Source: Amoebidium appalachense (taxonomy: Eukaryota; Protista; Ichthyosporea). Taken from it: 64,000 bases of DNA. A program made the position numbers and the translations under genes. The DNA lies in contig CAVNZM010000012.1 in NCBI GenBank assembly GCA_963693365.1, forward strand, positions 1,364,001 to 1,428,000, in the 5' to 3' direction. Positions 21,519 through 48,610 of the stretch are shown in pieces. How positions within the stretch are numbered: the stretch's first letter is position 1; each line of letters opens with the position of its first letter. A model generated the notes under the pieces. The model was not told the DNA's origin and did not search any database. It saw only the letters and a list, made by a program, of their open reading frames with translations.

Positions 21519-22814
21519 TCAACTAAGCACAACGATACGTTGGGATGAGCCCGCAGCCGGCCGTGCAGCGCCACTACTGTACGGGTTAAAACGATTGGGT
21601 GTGCGCGAGCGATAAGACATTGCGCCCAACACAAACTCGGAACTAGAGGACCCCAGAGAGCTGGCACTTCCGCTCAACTTGGGGTTAATCTCCACATCCA
21701 GCCTCGGCAGGGCATTTATAGCGCTGCTTCCGGGCTGGTGGGAGGTGGGCAAACCAAATTCGCTTCCGCAGAGGCTATCTGTGCTACTACTCAGACTCAA
21801 GCTGGTGTATGACAAAGTGTCTGCGAGAGGCCGGCTCCCATTTAAAGAAACACATCCTGTCTCGGGGTGTTGGACAATTTCATACTGGCAGGCAACACCA
21901 AACAAAAACGGTTCCGTTCTGTCTTCGGCGTCCGTGTCATGTTCCTGTTCGTCGTTTGAGCATCCGTCGTACGACTCGTGCGCGTGACGTGAGGAGGGAC
22001 TGTATAAATCCGACGTGTATGCGTGCTCTTCGTGCTGTGCGCTATGTGCATTTTCTTCGTTGAGGGTAAGGAGGTTGTCGATCATGTGAAGGTAAGGCTG
22101 TTCTGCGTGGTATTGGTCGTTCGAGCTTAGGTGGGCGTACAGGCCCTCAGCCTGCGGGTGTATCTGCTGGGCTCCAACATCCGAGCACCCACCCTCAGAA
22201 ATGGAACGCTCATACTGGTAGTGGGTTGCATGCTGTTCGAGCTGTGAAACAACGTCAAATTTGTTTTGGTGTTCGGAATGGTCAGTGAGGTCCACGTTCA
22301 GTTTGTAGTCGAGCACACGAAGCACCCATGACTCGTAGCGATTGATGTGCTTCAACGGCACGTCCGCCTGCCTCGAGAAGTCCGCGTTCGACATCACAAG
22401 GTTATCGTAGGATACCTTTTGCGTGAGTATGAGAGAGATGAGAAACAAGCAGTGGTTGCAGTAGTAGGATGCGGGGACTGCCTGCTTGACTCTGTTTACG
22501 TAAGACATGACCATGGAAAGTAGTTCGCGCATGCGGACAGTGTCCCGTGAGCGTGTTTGAAACGCGCGTAGCATTTTGAGCATGAAACCACCCAGAGAAG
22601 CGTCGTGTACCAGACCGCATCTCTGCTTTTCCCGGCACTCGAGCGTTTCCGGGCCAGACTCTGAGGCTAGTTCTTGGTCTTGCATTTGGTTAGGTGAGTA
22701 GGTTTGTTCGATTTCTCGTGTTGCATACCCTGCTGTACAGCTACACAACGCGCTAGAGGTAGGGCATGCACATGCATACCAGTCGCCTAGAGAAACATCT
22801 ACCGCTGCTGCCAT
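21519..22814 (-). CDS. Pho80/Pcl-family cyclin (cyclin 1), single coding exon, 431 aa
   Basis: Long repeat-free ORF. It carries the cyclin-box motif LFLISLILTQKVSYDNLVMSNADFSRQADVPLKHINRYESWVLRVLDYKLNV typical of Pcl/Pho80 cyclins, followed by a Ser-rich tail. Confidence 0.85.
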   Translation of the reverse strand: MAAAVDVSLGDWYACACPTSSALCSCTAGYATREIEQTYSPNQMQDQELASESGPETLECREKQRCGLVHDASLGGFMLKMLRAFQTRSRDTVRMRELLSMVMSYVNRVKQAVPASYYCNHCLFLISLILTQKVSYDNLVMSNADFSRQADVPLKHINRYESWVLRVLDYKLNVDLTDHSEHQNKFDVVSQLEQHATHYQYERSISEGGCSDVGAQQIHPQAEGLYAHLSSNDQYHAEQPYLHMIDNLLTLNEENAHSAQHEEHAYTSDLYSPSSRHAHESYDGCSNDEQEHDTDAEDRTEPFLFGVACQYEIVQHPETGCVSLNGSRPLADTLSYTSLSLSSSTDSLCGSEFGLPTSHQPGSSAINALPRLDVEINPKLSGSASSLGSSSSEFVLGAMSYRSRTPNRFNPYSSGAARPAAGSSQRIVVLS

Positions 22815-25800
22815 TTCCGAGTGAGGTGGACAGTGTTACAGTAGGGCTAGGCTTGACAACAAACGGAGTCGAGAACTGTGAGTGGGTGCGGTGAATCGAC
22901 ACCTTTTTGTCACTGCCGCGGAGGCAAGAAAACCCGGTAGCCCATTGGTCAGATGCATGCATGATAGACAGCTAATCAAAACAGAGTAAAAGTCAGGGTT
23001 GGGCTTGGGTTGGCCAGCTTAACCGTATTGTCCTTTGGCAAATCGTAACGGACAGTTTCTTAATCATTACGGGGGGGTTCTTGGGGATCTGCAAGCCCAG
23101 TTAAAACGCCCCTCCAATCACAAAACTCAAAATACGCGTTTCTACAAGTATCGCAAAATTACAAGCCCTGGACACTTGTCGGGGTTCGATATTGCTCATG
23201 AGAAGCGCTGTAGATATGTTCTTGAACAGAAATATTGAAAAAATTAGGTACAGTCAGATATTAGGGGGCCTTAAAGCGTTTATAATGCTATAAATCTGAT
23301 ACGAAAGCTGTTACGATGGCACCCTAACCTTATTCGTATCGGGGTCTTTCGTCAATGGTAATTCAGTACGACGATTTTTTTTCGTAATCCCCCCCCCTGG
23401 TAAAAGTGGATTTTATTGGTTCCCGCCCAGGCCGAGCCCGTTAGCAGGAGATCTATGATCTCAGCTCCGGCCCATAAGTTCTTGACTTCCTCAAGATAAA
23501 GAAAAGCGTCAAACCCGTGTTGAAAATGGAGAGGAGAGAACATTCCGTTGTATGAAATATCAACCAGTTGTAGCAATTAAAAAATCTCTTTCAGAGTACT
23601 CTTCGACAGCGTGACAGCGTCGTGTATCAAGGCAAACATATGGGCCGGTTTTGATGCCAACTTATTTATCCAATCAGGATTTTTCAAAGCTAATGACCGT
23701 TGCGGCTATTGCCGTTCAGATCTTTCAGCGGATTGGTAGACATAGCCTCCACCAGATCGCTACCGGCGAGGCTGGGCCGGTGATATATCGCGCCATCTTT
23801 ATATGTCACAATTAGAATCTAATATCATAAATCACATAGATAGCCTCTTGTTGCACTGTAGCCTGACCACAACAAAACAATCATAGATAAGCATATACGC
23901 CCTATAAGACCTTTTTTGTTGTGCTGTGCTAGGCCATATCTATGTTGTCGGGTAGGTAGGCCGGCCGCGTGTGTTTTCTCTCGCCCTTTTCTTCATAATA
24001 GTATTTTACGCTAACGCTAAGCGCTTCTAGATATGATTGGGTCCAGGTCATCTAGTTGCCCAGGCGATCTATTCGTTATCCAATAAATTTTCTTGTAGTC
24101 AGTAGTCTGAGCAAATTTAGACCTGCTTCGAGCTGATTGGCTGTTTGGACTGGCGGAAAAATCAAATCCTCTCTGTGCAACAGTTGGGAACGTTATCCAA
24201 ACGTGCACAGCGTCTACATAGATCTGAAGTTATGATGAACGCCGTTACCGTAACACATGTGCTTGATGTCTGAGCGTGACAAATCTTCATATTCTCATAT
24301 ATGAGTCATTAGGAATGCTGCTAGCTGGTAAATGAATTCAGAGTTTTCCCACGTGATCAGCGCGCGAGGAAATATATACGCAAAGATGATTATGGCTTGG
24401 CGGTGTAATCGGTTTCTGGTGTCTCCTGCTCGCACGGTGTAATATGTGTGGGGGGCGGTTTACTCGCGGCTGCATATCTATAAATAAATGCAACCTGTTA
24501 GCTAATGTATTAGAACCGGAGGTTATTGGCGGTTTTATTCTCTTTTCTTCCTCTCTTCCTCAATATATCCGTTTTAAGATAACTATCCTAGATCACCTTA
24601 TTAATGCTGCACAGTATGATATTGTGATCCGGTGCCTTAACTTTCTTTCGGAGCTACCGATGCTAGCCTCTGCTTACCCATAATATGTAATAGGGGTGTC
24701 ATATACTACGATGGCGCTCATTGTTGCCTAGCATGTACATATGTCACTGGCTGCATTTGATTGGCTGTGCTGGAAAACGCAGTAGGCCGTCGAATGTGGC
24801 TGGGCCTCCGGCAGTGTCCACGCAATAAAAAGTGTGTAAACCCCAAATATATGTACGCGTGGCTGTATGACTGCATGTACATACAGATATCTAATTATTA
24901 CGTGGAATAGCTAAGGAACTCATGCTCTCTCAAAGCTTTGTCTCATTACAAGTTTCTAAATCATCATTTCTCGGTTTGATTGCGTCGTCGCATGCATTTT
25001 TGTGGGCTACCACGACGTATTGAAATTGTCAACGAATTTGTAACATAAACCAGTATACGCAATATTAGTGATATCATCATGTACCATATGCATGTCGCTT
25101 GATAAACAAGCTCATCATGAGCTGTAATTGTTGATAGATAGTGAAGTCACTGATGCATCTGTTGTTACTAAAACCCAATCGGTCTTCACAGCATTCGACT
25201 CCCAGCCATGGAGGCCGTTGGCCAACGCAAACACGTGGCTTTGACACTTTGAAATTGCTTATACAAGACTTTCCCGGATTCACTGATATCCTGGCCCAGG
25301 GGCTACCATGCACAGCATGATGATGTTTATTTATCCAACGTTATTTATGTATACGCCTTACATGATAATTACCGTAACGGACGGCCATGGGTATACCTTT
25401 TCATGCCGCTTCAACGAATAAATTCTTAAATTTGAAATTCCCGGGAAGTAAGGTTTTAATTAATAACACTCGAATTTAGCCGTGTCCTGCACGCTTGCAG
25501 CTGACTACAAATTGAATCTTCAGTAGAATTCAACCCTGCTATCATAAAAAAGATGTCAAGGTTCATAAACACACCAGGCACTAGATTTCTAATTAATGTA
25601 TGTTGTCATTCATTCCTAATGATCATGGCGGCCGAAAATACATACCAAAAACATACACACGTTGACATTGTAAGGTTACATTACTGACAGCGCCGCAAAA
25701 CACAATGATCAACCCCCCCCCCCCTCCCCCTCCCTCTCCCCCCCCCCCCCCCTCCCCAACCCCCCCCCCAAAAAAAAAGAAAGAAAGAAAGAAAGAAATG

Positions 25801-25999
25801 GAAAAAAAAAAGCTGATAATAATTTTCAATAACCAGAAAAATCATAAAACAAACCGCCATTAACAAACACCGCCTTGCAAATGCCCCCTACATTAACATT
25901 CGGTTATCTGTTCATTGGCATTTTTTGTGCCAGTATGTGATATGCACAACATGTAGGAGAGAGGAGAGAGAGAGGGGGGGGGGGGGGGGGGAGGGGGGG

Positions 26000-26048
<49 letters not shown>

Positions 26049-26602
26049 GAGAGAGAGAGGGGGAGGGAGAGAGAGAGAGAGAGAGAGCAGGGACGGAGGG
26101 AGGGAGAGGGGGAGAGAGAGAGGGAGAGAGAGAAGGGGGGGGGGGGGAGGGGGAGAGGGAGAGGGAGAGGGAAAGGGAGAGGAAAAGGGGGGGGGGGGGG
26201 GGGGGAGGGGGAGAGGGGGAGAGGCAGAGGTGGGGAGGAGGGGGGGGGGGGGGGGGGGAGGAGAGCGGGATGGAATGAGCTTGTGTTTGAGCGAGCAAAC
26301 CCGGCGGAAGGGACGGAGCAGCAGTGGAGGTAGGGAGCGAGAGAGAGAGAGTGTGTGTGCGCGTGAATATGGGGGCGCACACCGTAGCCACATTAACAAT
26401 GATGAATTGAATCACAGACAGCACAATTGATACTTTCACCAACATCAACCAACACTAAAATCAAATGAAACCATCTAATAGTATAATGTAAGTAGCAAAC
26501 ACCGACATAGCCAAGCTTTAAAAAATAACCATTCTAAGAGACCACCACACGCCACGTGCACACACTAAACCCCACCTTTCGACACCAGTGCTGCTGCAAT
26601 AC

Positions 26603-26745
26603 TTAGAGGACGGTTCTTTGAGGATTCCGAGTCGGGCCAGACCCGAAGCCGCGTTACGTCTTAACTTAATATTGGCTTGATGGGCACCAAACAGCGTTTT
26701 GGCCCGAGTCGAAAGGGCCCATTATATCAGCCTAGAAGAGACGCT
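26603..26745 (-). repeat. Interspersed repeat family B, copy 2 (just 3' of the DAGL stop codon)
   Basis: Minus strand GCCCTTTCGACTCGGGCCAAAACGCTGTTTGGTGCCCATCAAGCCAAT...TTCGGGTCTGGCCCGACTCGGAATCCTCAAAGAACCG. Confidence 0.7.
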
Positions 26746-26766
26746 CTTTAAAGATAGCTCAATGAT

Positions 26767-41193
<14,427 letters not shown>

Positions 41194-41942
41194 ATTGAAA
41201 GTGGAGCGAAAGAAAAATTTAGCATCTTAGGGTCTATCGGTTGGACAACCATGCGGCCAACATAAGATCTTAGACTGTCAGCCTAGATTCAAGGAAAGGC
41301 GAAGGGTTTCTTTCGGTCACTTTTGAAACCCACGTTCAGTATGTTTTAAGAGCTATCTCACGTGAAACCAACAACAAAAAAAAAACGCTTTATGTAATGC
41401 AAAAGGAACCGGTTACGAATGGCTCGTCAGCATCAGGTGTTTTGGGAATGCACACCCAGATCCAGCCTCGTTTCGAAGCACAGAGTAAACGGTGCTTTTC
41501 CAGACTAAAGCGATTATAGGTTTACGGGTGGTGCCGGAGAAACAGTCCAACCTTTTTTTCAAAAAAAAGTAGCTTTCAGACACTTCATTACATATACACA
41601 GGGGACTGCAGATGGACGTGTCAATGTGCTGGGTACATAATTGTCAATGATCGTTCTTGCAAGCTAACCTGAGCTTCAATTTGCCTGTACAAATAAAGCT
41701 TCAACGTTACTGCTCAAGGCCGTATTAATGCATGTGTATGACTAGTCTCTCTAACAATAATTGCATAAGGACTTTGTGGTTCACACCTTCATTTGACAAA
41801 CGAAAACAGCACAGAGCTGTCTCAGTCTCAGCTCTTGACGACAGTCACAGGCTGACAGCTGATTCGTCAGTTAGCCATTGTATTACGTCAGGATGACGCC
41901 ATCACCCCTGTACATGTCGACTGGTCAGCAAGGCCTCCTAAA

Positions 41943-42138
41943 GGGGGTTTACGCTGTTTACTCGAGGCAAAGAGAACCAGTCTCAGGTATGGGGGGGGGG
42001 GGTTTGCTCGGAATATCCCCTCAGCGGTATATCATGATCACGTACATAGATGTCGGGTGGTGACTATATATCAGGGTTTACTTTCTCTACGAGACACCAT
42101 AAAGACTACAAGGAGAAATCAATTAGTTGGGGTTCCCC

Positions 42139-42186
<48 letters not shown>

Positions 42187-42218
42187 GGGCTCCCCTCGGG
42201 ACACTCGGTATCAGCTGG

Positions 42219-42271
<53 letters not shown>

Positions 42272-42673
42272 TGTGTGTGTGTGCGCGTGCGCTATAATTT
42301 TGTAGTGATGTGTTTCTCAAGCCAATCAATACATCTAATAAACAGGTCGTAGTTACGCGTGTTTAGTATAAAATCAAGGATGTTGTAATTTACAGGTAGG
42401 CTATCTTTCTGGGTGTCTGTTGTGAATGTGACGTGTGTGTGTTGCGGTATTATGTGGTCTATCAAACTACATTTGGCGATACATGACCGGTTAAACTGGT
42501 GTGTGTGTGTGTTGTTTGGGCATGCAAATGATGCCACCTTATACTTATTAGATCTCCACTGTATAGCACGTGTACAGTAAAAGCGTGGTAATTGATCAAT
42601 AATACCATCAGCTAGAGAAAGACCAGTTCTACAGGAAGGTAATATGTATTTAGGTGTTATACACTTGCGAGTG
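41943..42673 (-). mobile_element. More strongly 5'-truncated copy 2 of the same LINE
   Basis: Near-identical to 36315-37061 and shares the same 3' terminus (GGGGGTTT on +). No TSD is seen. Confidence 0.9.
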
Positions 42674-43574
42674 TAGGTGTGCTATTTAGGAGGCCTTGCT
42701 GGTCAGTGCTGGCTCATTGGGATTTCTTCGTTTTGTGTGGAGAAAAAAATCGGCCGTGGTTGTGTGTGTAGTGTATACAACAATGTGTCACATGATACCC
42801 GTTTGCAATTGCACGAGGTTTGAATTTATCGCCTTTACTGCTTTGTTGCTCCGACGTACTTCAGGGCAGTCAGCACAGCTGACCCGGGTGCCTTTGCCTT
42901 GTGTAAACTGTGCCCCTCCGTGGCAACCTTCATAAATCTGCATACAAACACAGTGCTAGCTTGAAGGCACATACATAGCTCACTATATGTGAAGGTACAG
43001 AACATACCACATGAACATAACTTAAATAGCAACACCCTTTAGGCAGCCATTTGCTCTAAAGCGCCTGGCTTTCCGTGCATACAAATCCAGCGCCAAATCA
43101 ACGGGACAGAGCTTACCAGAAGCTCAAGCAGCAAGGCTATATCAAAGGTAATCAACATACCAAATAGCTCCAGATAAATTTAAATGATACGGGAGTATGG
43201 TGGTAGCAAACTGTGTGGGAAGTGGGAATGTTGTACAGTATGTAATAATATTTAGAGTTGTACAGTTATTACCAAAGACAAAAGCTGCACAGGTGTTTGT
43301 CCTTATTTCCCAAACGTGCACATAAAAAGTGCCACCCAACTCTACGTTGGTGTGTTAACACATAATGTATGCAGCAATTACACAAACCCATATTGTGTGT
43401 CCCGTGTATACATTACTCGCTACTCTCGTCTCCCAAACCCTAAAAAGTAAGAGAGGTTCCAGCAACCAAAAAGAAGAAACTACGGTGTATTGGAGCCACT
43501 ATATGCCATGTTGTGTGCCCGTGAGAAAATAAAAATAAAAATACACATACCAAGTGTGTGGCCCTACGGCCCCA

Positions 43575-45863
43575 CTAGTAGGCTGCATGTGAGAAGTACG
43601 AAGACCAGGTAGTGGGCAGCCCGCCGTGGGCAAACCCGGAAACATAAGGCTGACAGTTGGGATGGGGAAACGACGAGAAGAAGACCGAATTGGGCTCGCT
43701 AGTGCACGTCGCTCCGACAGACGCAGACGAATCTCGTCGAGCTTCGTTTGCGAGGGCATTGCACAGGCAGGGTCCAAGTGAAGCACAAAGACGGCAGCTG
43801 TCCAGAGGGAAAGCTGCCTTGTCAACAGCGGGAGGGTGAGGGAAGGGGGGTGCCCACACCTGCGCAAGCCTCGGTGCACCAACACCCGTATACGCCATGC
43901 GGGACATATCCGTCGGGCATGAGGGCATACGCGAGAACCTCGGCCGCTCAAACTCCACACCGAGCGAGTGGTGACGCAGTGGGCTGGCCTCACGAGATCC
44001 CATTCCATATTGTCCTCCATCGGCACTTAGACGCTGGGAGGGGAAGACCATGGCAGATGACGGACTTGAGGCCTTGGAGGGCAGGTTGCTCAGTGGGGGC
44101 GTAGGCAGATACTGGAAGAAGCTGAACGCAGGCGGGCTTGCTGCGGTCGGCGTTCGGATGTCCATGTCCAGGCGTGCAGCCACGTGCGCCTGTAGAGGAA
44201 GAGAGCGAAGTGTCAAAAACATGCTGGAAAGCAGAGACTTCTACACTAAAGGCACAAGACATATCACATCTTCCATGGCAAAATTGACCTAGAGAAAGGG
44301 GAGGCAAAACACCCAAAGAAAAGTGCAGGCATCCATCAAACTAACTAAGGTTTACTGTGCATAGAAAGAAACGGCAAAAGAGGAAGATAGACATCGTGAG
44401 CGGGAAAGTTACCTGCGCAGGCCGCACAGCAGGGTGGCGATCGGAGCCTGAGCTGGACCAGAGCTCATACTGCTGGCCCTTCTCAAGCTGAGCATCAAAC
44501 GGAGAGCTTTCACGATGGTTGTCGGCAGTCCTCGGCAGTGACCGAATAGGCGAAGGCGTCGGAGTGAGCACACCATGTTGAGGTAACGACGCATACTCGG
44601 CCGGCCTGCAAGAGAAGGCCAATCCACGCTCAAGCTCATTCTTAGCCTCGGATATCTCCTCACAGCTGACCTCGAGGGAGTAGCCGAGGCTTGCAAGCAG
44701 CTCCAGCTCAAGTTGGTTCAGCAGCAGCTTGTCCACACCGGCAGTCTCAGCCCACTGGGCGTTGGAGTAAGGAATATCGTAGAGGAACTTGGTTGCAGCC
44801 AGCAGACAGACGATGAGAACATCGCTGGCACGACCGCCAATGCGATCCACAGGAACATTGCTCTCATCAAAGCATCTTCGAAGCCGTTGCATGTAGCACA
44901 GGGAAGCGAGAAGAGAAGTCTCGCACACTTTCAGCTCCCCGACAACGTAGGATACCTTGCGACGGAGGTAGTTGAGCTGTGCTTGGCCGATGCTCTGGCC
45001 CCAAAGCTGGCCCACAACTTCAACGTAAACGTCTGCAGGAGAAAACAGTGTGAACATTTTATCTTCGTCCACGCAATAAAAAGTGTGTAAACCCCCTTCA
45101 TCCCTACAAAAAAACTTCTGTTTCCATGGTATCACCCAGACCAGGAAACAAACACCAGCACATAAGAAAGGAAGCAGGCTTCAAAAGACTAGGATATCAT
45201 AAACAAATGATACATATATAAAGTATAGCATAACACTTCAAGACCGCCCGTATAGTGAATGTAAAGCCTGTTGGTCCATCCGCTTCTCCCTTCAACTAAA
45301 AGGATGCACAGGAGAACTGGACGACCGGCTGTCGTCACCACCCTTAATTCTTTAACAGCCCCCCCCCCCCCCCCAAACAAAAAAGAAGATGAACATAATA
45401 ATAACATTGTTCAATGATAATAAAACAAACAAAACACACGAACACACAGCAAGACAAAACAGGAGGGAGAGAGAGGAGACGAATGCAGCAACCAGCACAA
45501 ACAGACGAGAGAGAGACAGCGGTAAGACAGGTGGCTGTTGTGACAGCAAGAAAACCACAATACAGGTGGCCGGACCGAAAAAATAAATGGCCCAAATATT
45601 CTCATGCAACAGAAAGACTGTTTCACGGTGACCAAGAAAGCAAAGTCCTTTGTATTCGTACCGCAGCACTTACCAAGAAGACGATCGCTGGGGTCCGAAG
45701 AACCGAAGTTTTCCGACGCAACCATTTTCCGCTGCCTTTGCAGAAGCTGCTGCGTCCACATGGAGAAAGTGGTGGGGAACTGATCTCCCTGCCACTGCCC
45801 AGATGCAAGCTTCGAGGAAGACACAGGCAACGTGCTTGCGCTAGTGCGTGCAGAGCGACCCAT
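43575..45863 (-). CDS. Pho80/Pcl/Clg1-family cyclin (cyclin 2), 3 exons: 45863-45674, 45032-44413, 44189-43575
   Basis: Phase-consistent GT-AG joins. Cyclin box SLLASLCYMQRL...VLIVCLLAATKFLYDIPYSNAQWAETAGVDKLLLNQLELELLASLGYSLEV. The Pro/Ser tail has LTPTPSP and LPTPP. Which ATG is used is uncertain. Confidence 0.88.
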
Positions 45864-48160
45864 GTTATTCGTTGACGCTGCGCCCTCAAAAGGGCGCCGG
45901 GGGGGTTTTGAATGGGGCAAGAAAGCCCGTGTGTCGTTGAAGACGGGAATAGAAGCCGTTAAACAAACATCCTTTCGGTTGTGCGATATATTTGGTCGCC
46001 AAAAGTGCGCCGTTTTGAGAAATCGAACAAGTTCGAGTGAACGGTGGGGAAACGAAAGAAGGAGAGAAGGAGAGCAGAAAACACTTGTCCGCCTTTAAAG
46101 TTTAAGTTTTGCTTTGGCCTGGGAACCTTAGCGAAGTCCTAGCAGACGACCAACAAATAACGCGACTGCGTAGGAAACGGCGGACAGGGAAAAAGAGGGA
46201 GTTAGAAGGAAGAGAGAAAGAAGCGTAAAAGCGCTTGAGAATGCATGCTAGCAGGCCTAGGCACCCACAGTGCCATAGACAAACATGTACTGCCCCTGCA
46301 AAAAAACGGGGATAAGCAGTACTGCTGTGATCGGGGCGGAGAAAACGCACAAAGAGGAACGACCGAAGGGCGCCAAACATATACGTCTCGTGGCTCGGCC
46401 ACCATGTGTATGGAACAAACCGGCGCGGCAAAAACCCGTCTATTTCAAATCCTAGACGCAGCCAATCAAAGCAGCCGTTAGGTGGCGTGTGCCATGTGCG
46501 ATGATCAAAAAAGTGTCAATGCTTGTGTAAAGTGTTATACTAGGGAATAAAAATAGCTTTACAACAATACTATAGTACGCTTTTTTGCTTTTACTTGCGC
46601 CTCAATACAGTCTAAAAATAGTTGTTGGAATAAACATTTTTATTGTCAAATAGCGTGAGCAACTCTACGCCAATCAAAACTTTTTATATCATGGCATATT
46701 ATGACCGTTTACATCCTCAAAAAAAATTCCGCATCAACTTGAGAAGTCAAGTTGAACGATTACATCATGTACGCAAACAAGCTGAACCAGGTCCATTATT
46801 GCACCAACAGAGAACCTATGAGCCAGAGAGCCAAGTTTTTAGGTACATAGTAATTTTAGAACTCATTATATCTACAGCTTAACATGGTTTGAAAAAGAAT
46901 ATTTGGTTCTGCGCGCTAATTGCAGCCTTAGGACTCAGCAGTCAGCAGTTGGCCCAGCACCCATACCAGTTAAGTATTTTTGCCCCGCTCTGAAATCCTT
47001 CCTGACATCCAATCAGGCGCTGCTTCATCAGAAAAAAAAACTACTAATATGTTGTGCTATGACATAGCACCAATAGTAAGTGCTAATCTTGTATTGCGTG
47101 AGATAATGTGCTTTTACGGAAACATTTAGACCAATTATATGTCCGCTCCTGTGTGTCACCGTCTGCCACGTCACCAAAGTTCCCGATACGTCACTGTCGA
47201 CACAACGACCGTTGGATAAGGGCCATGACCATATATAATAGCTTTTTTTCCCTGTTCATCTATTCTGTAGAGCCTATTTCAGCGATATAGTTCCATATAA
47301 AACTGAGTATATGACTATTTTACATTATTGATATTCTATCTACCTATCTTCTCAATTCATACCAGGTCAATGCCCGCGCCGGTGGCACATCATGTTTGTG
47401 CACCGGCACAACGCCGGCACGCGTGTACACTGTATGATACAATCGCCATCCTTGGGCCAAGCCTTGGCACAAACACGCGTTGGCCACGCGTACGCCGCAG
47501 CCTGTTCACGTGCACAGCTTGCTTGTGGCACAACGACGCCATCATCACAGTTTTTCTTTTGTTTTTTTACCGATGCTGTGCAAGTGAGGTGCAGTGTTGT
47601 TGGTGAAATCAAATTAGCTATTGACAGCAAGTGCTGACATTTTCAAGATGAAGGACTGATGTTTTAGTTGCGGGGACTCGGAGTCTACATAGGTGGGGTG
47701 TTGTTTGTTGCGATTGGGCTCAGTTTGTTCTGCAGGGCAGCTTAGCCCACTGCTTCGGGGTCTATGACAACTCCGCGATGTACCGATGTACCAGGACCGC
47801 TTTGCCAATGTGTATGTAGTGATCGTGCTTTTGATGCCCCTTTGTTCCTCTCTGCCCTTGTGACCGAGCTGTATCATAGTACAGGTCGCCCACTGCATGG
47901 CTTAGGATCATTTAATTTGTTGGTGCTTGTTTTGCTGACATTAACAATCTGATCTCTGGACTTTAGAACTCTAGTTTTGCAATGCATCTATACTCCCCCT
48001 CCCCCCCCCCCCCCCCCTCCCCCCCACCCTCCCACGCGCCTTCCATATCCACGAGCCCATTCTTCAACCACGAGCAACCACGAGGGAAAGATGGGCTTTG
48101 ATGAGCCTCCTTTTTTCTTGCTAACTTATTGTGTTCAACTACGTCCCCCCCCCCTCCCCC

Positions 48161-48191
<31 letters not shown>

Positions 48192-48490
48192 ATGCGCGCG
48201 CACACGGTGGCGCAACACACGACCACTGCTTTGACTCGCACACACAGCCCCACTATTATATCGGCCCGTTGTGCGTGTATGTGACTGTGTATGTGTGAGT
48301 TCAAAGATAGCTTCCCCCCCCCTCCCCGCCCTCCCGCTGGGCGGTACGCTTTGCTTGGGCATTGTAACAGTTGTTGCTCCTTTGGCCACAACTGATACAA
48401 CCGCCTCAGGTCAGTATCTGCATTCTCCTTAAGCTGTTCCTTGTCAAATTAATCATCCCCGCCTTCCTCCCCCCCCCCCCCCCCGTGCCC

Positions 48491-48610
48491 GGGGGCGCCC
48501 CCTGAGGATGGGCTCTGCTTATTATGCATAACTCTTTATGTATGGCTTGCATTCTGCATCGTGTTATCCGTTTGTTCTTGTGTCCTTCGTACTTTTTGAC
48601 GCATTCAAAT
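48491..48610 (+). mobile_element. Repeat family A, slightly 5'-shortened copy
   Basis: Near-identical to 11859-11974, with C-runs on both sides. Confidence 0.85.

Noticed and set aside
45033-45135. N-terminal part of ORF 44341-45135 (MIPWKQKFF...) as coding
   Set aside because: Better explained as intron 1 of cyclin 2: the acceptor TTTTCTCCTGCAG at 45033 matches the phase-1 donor at 45674.
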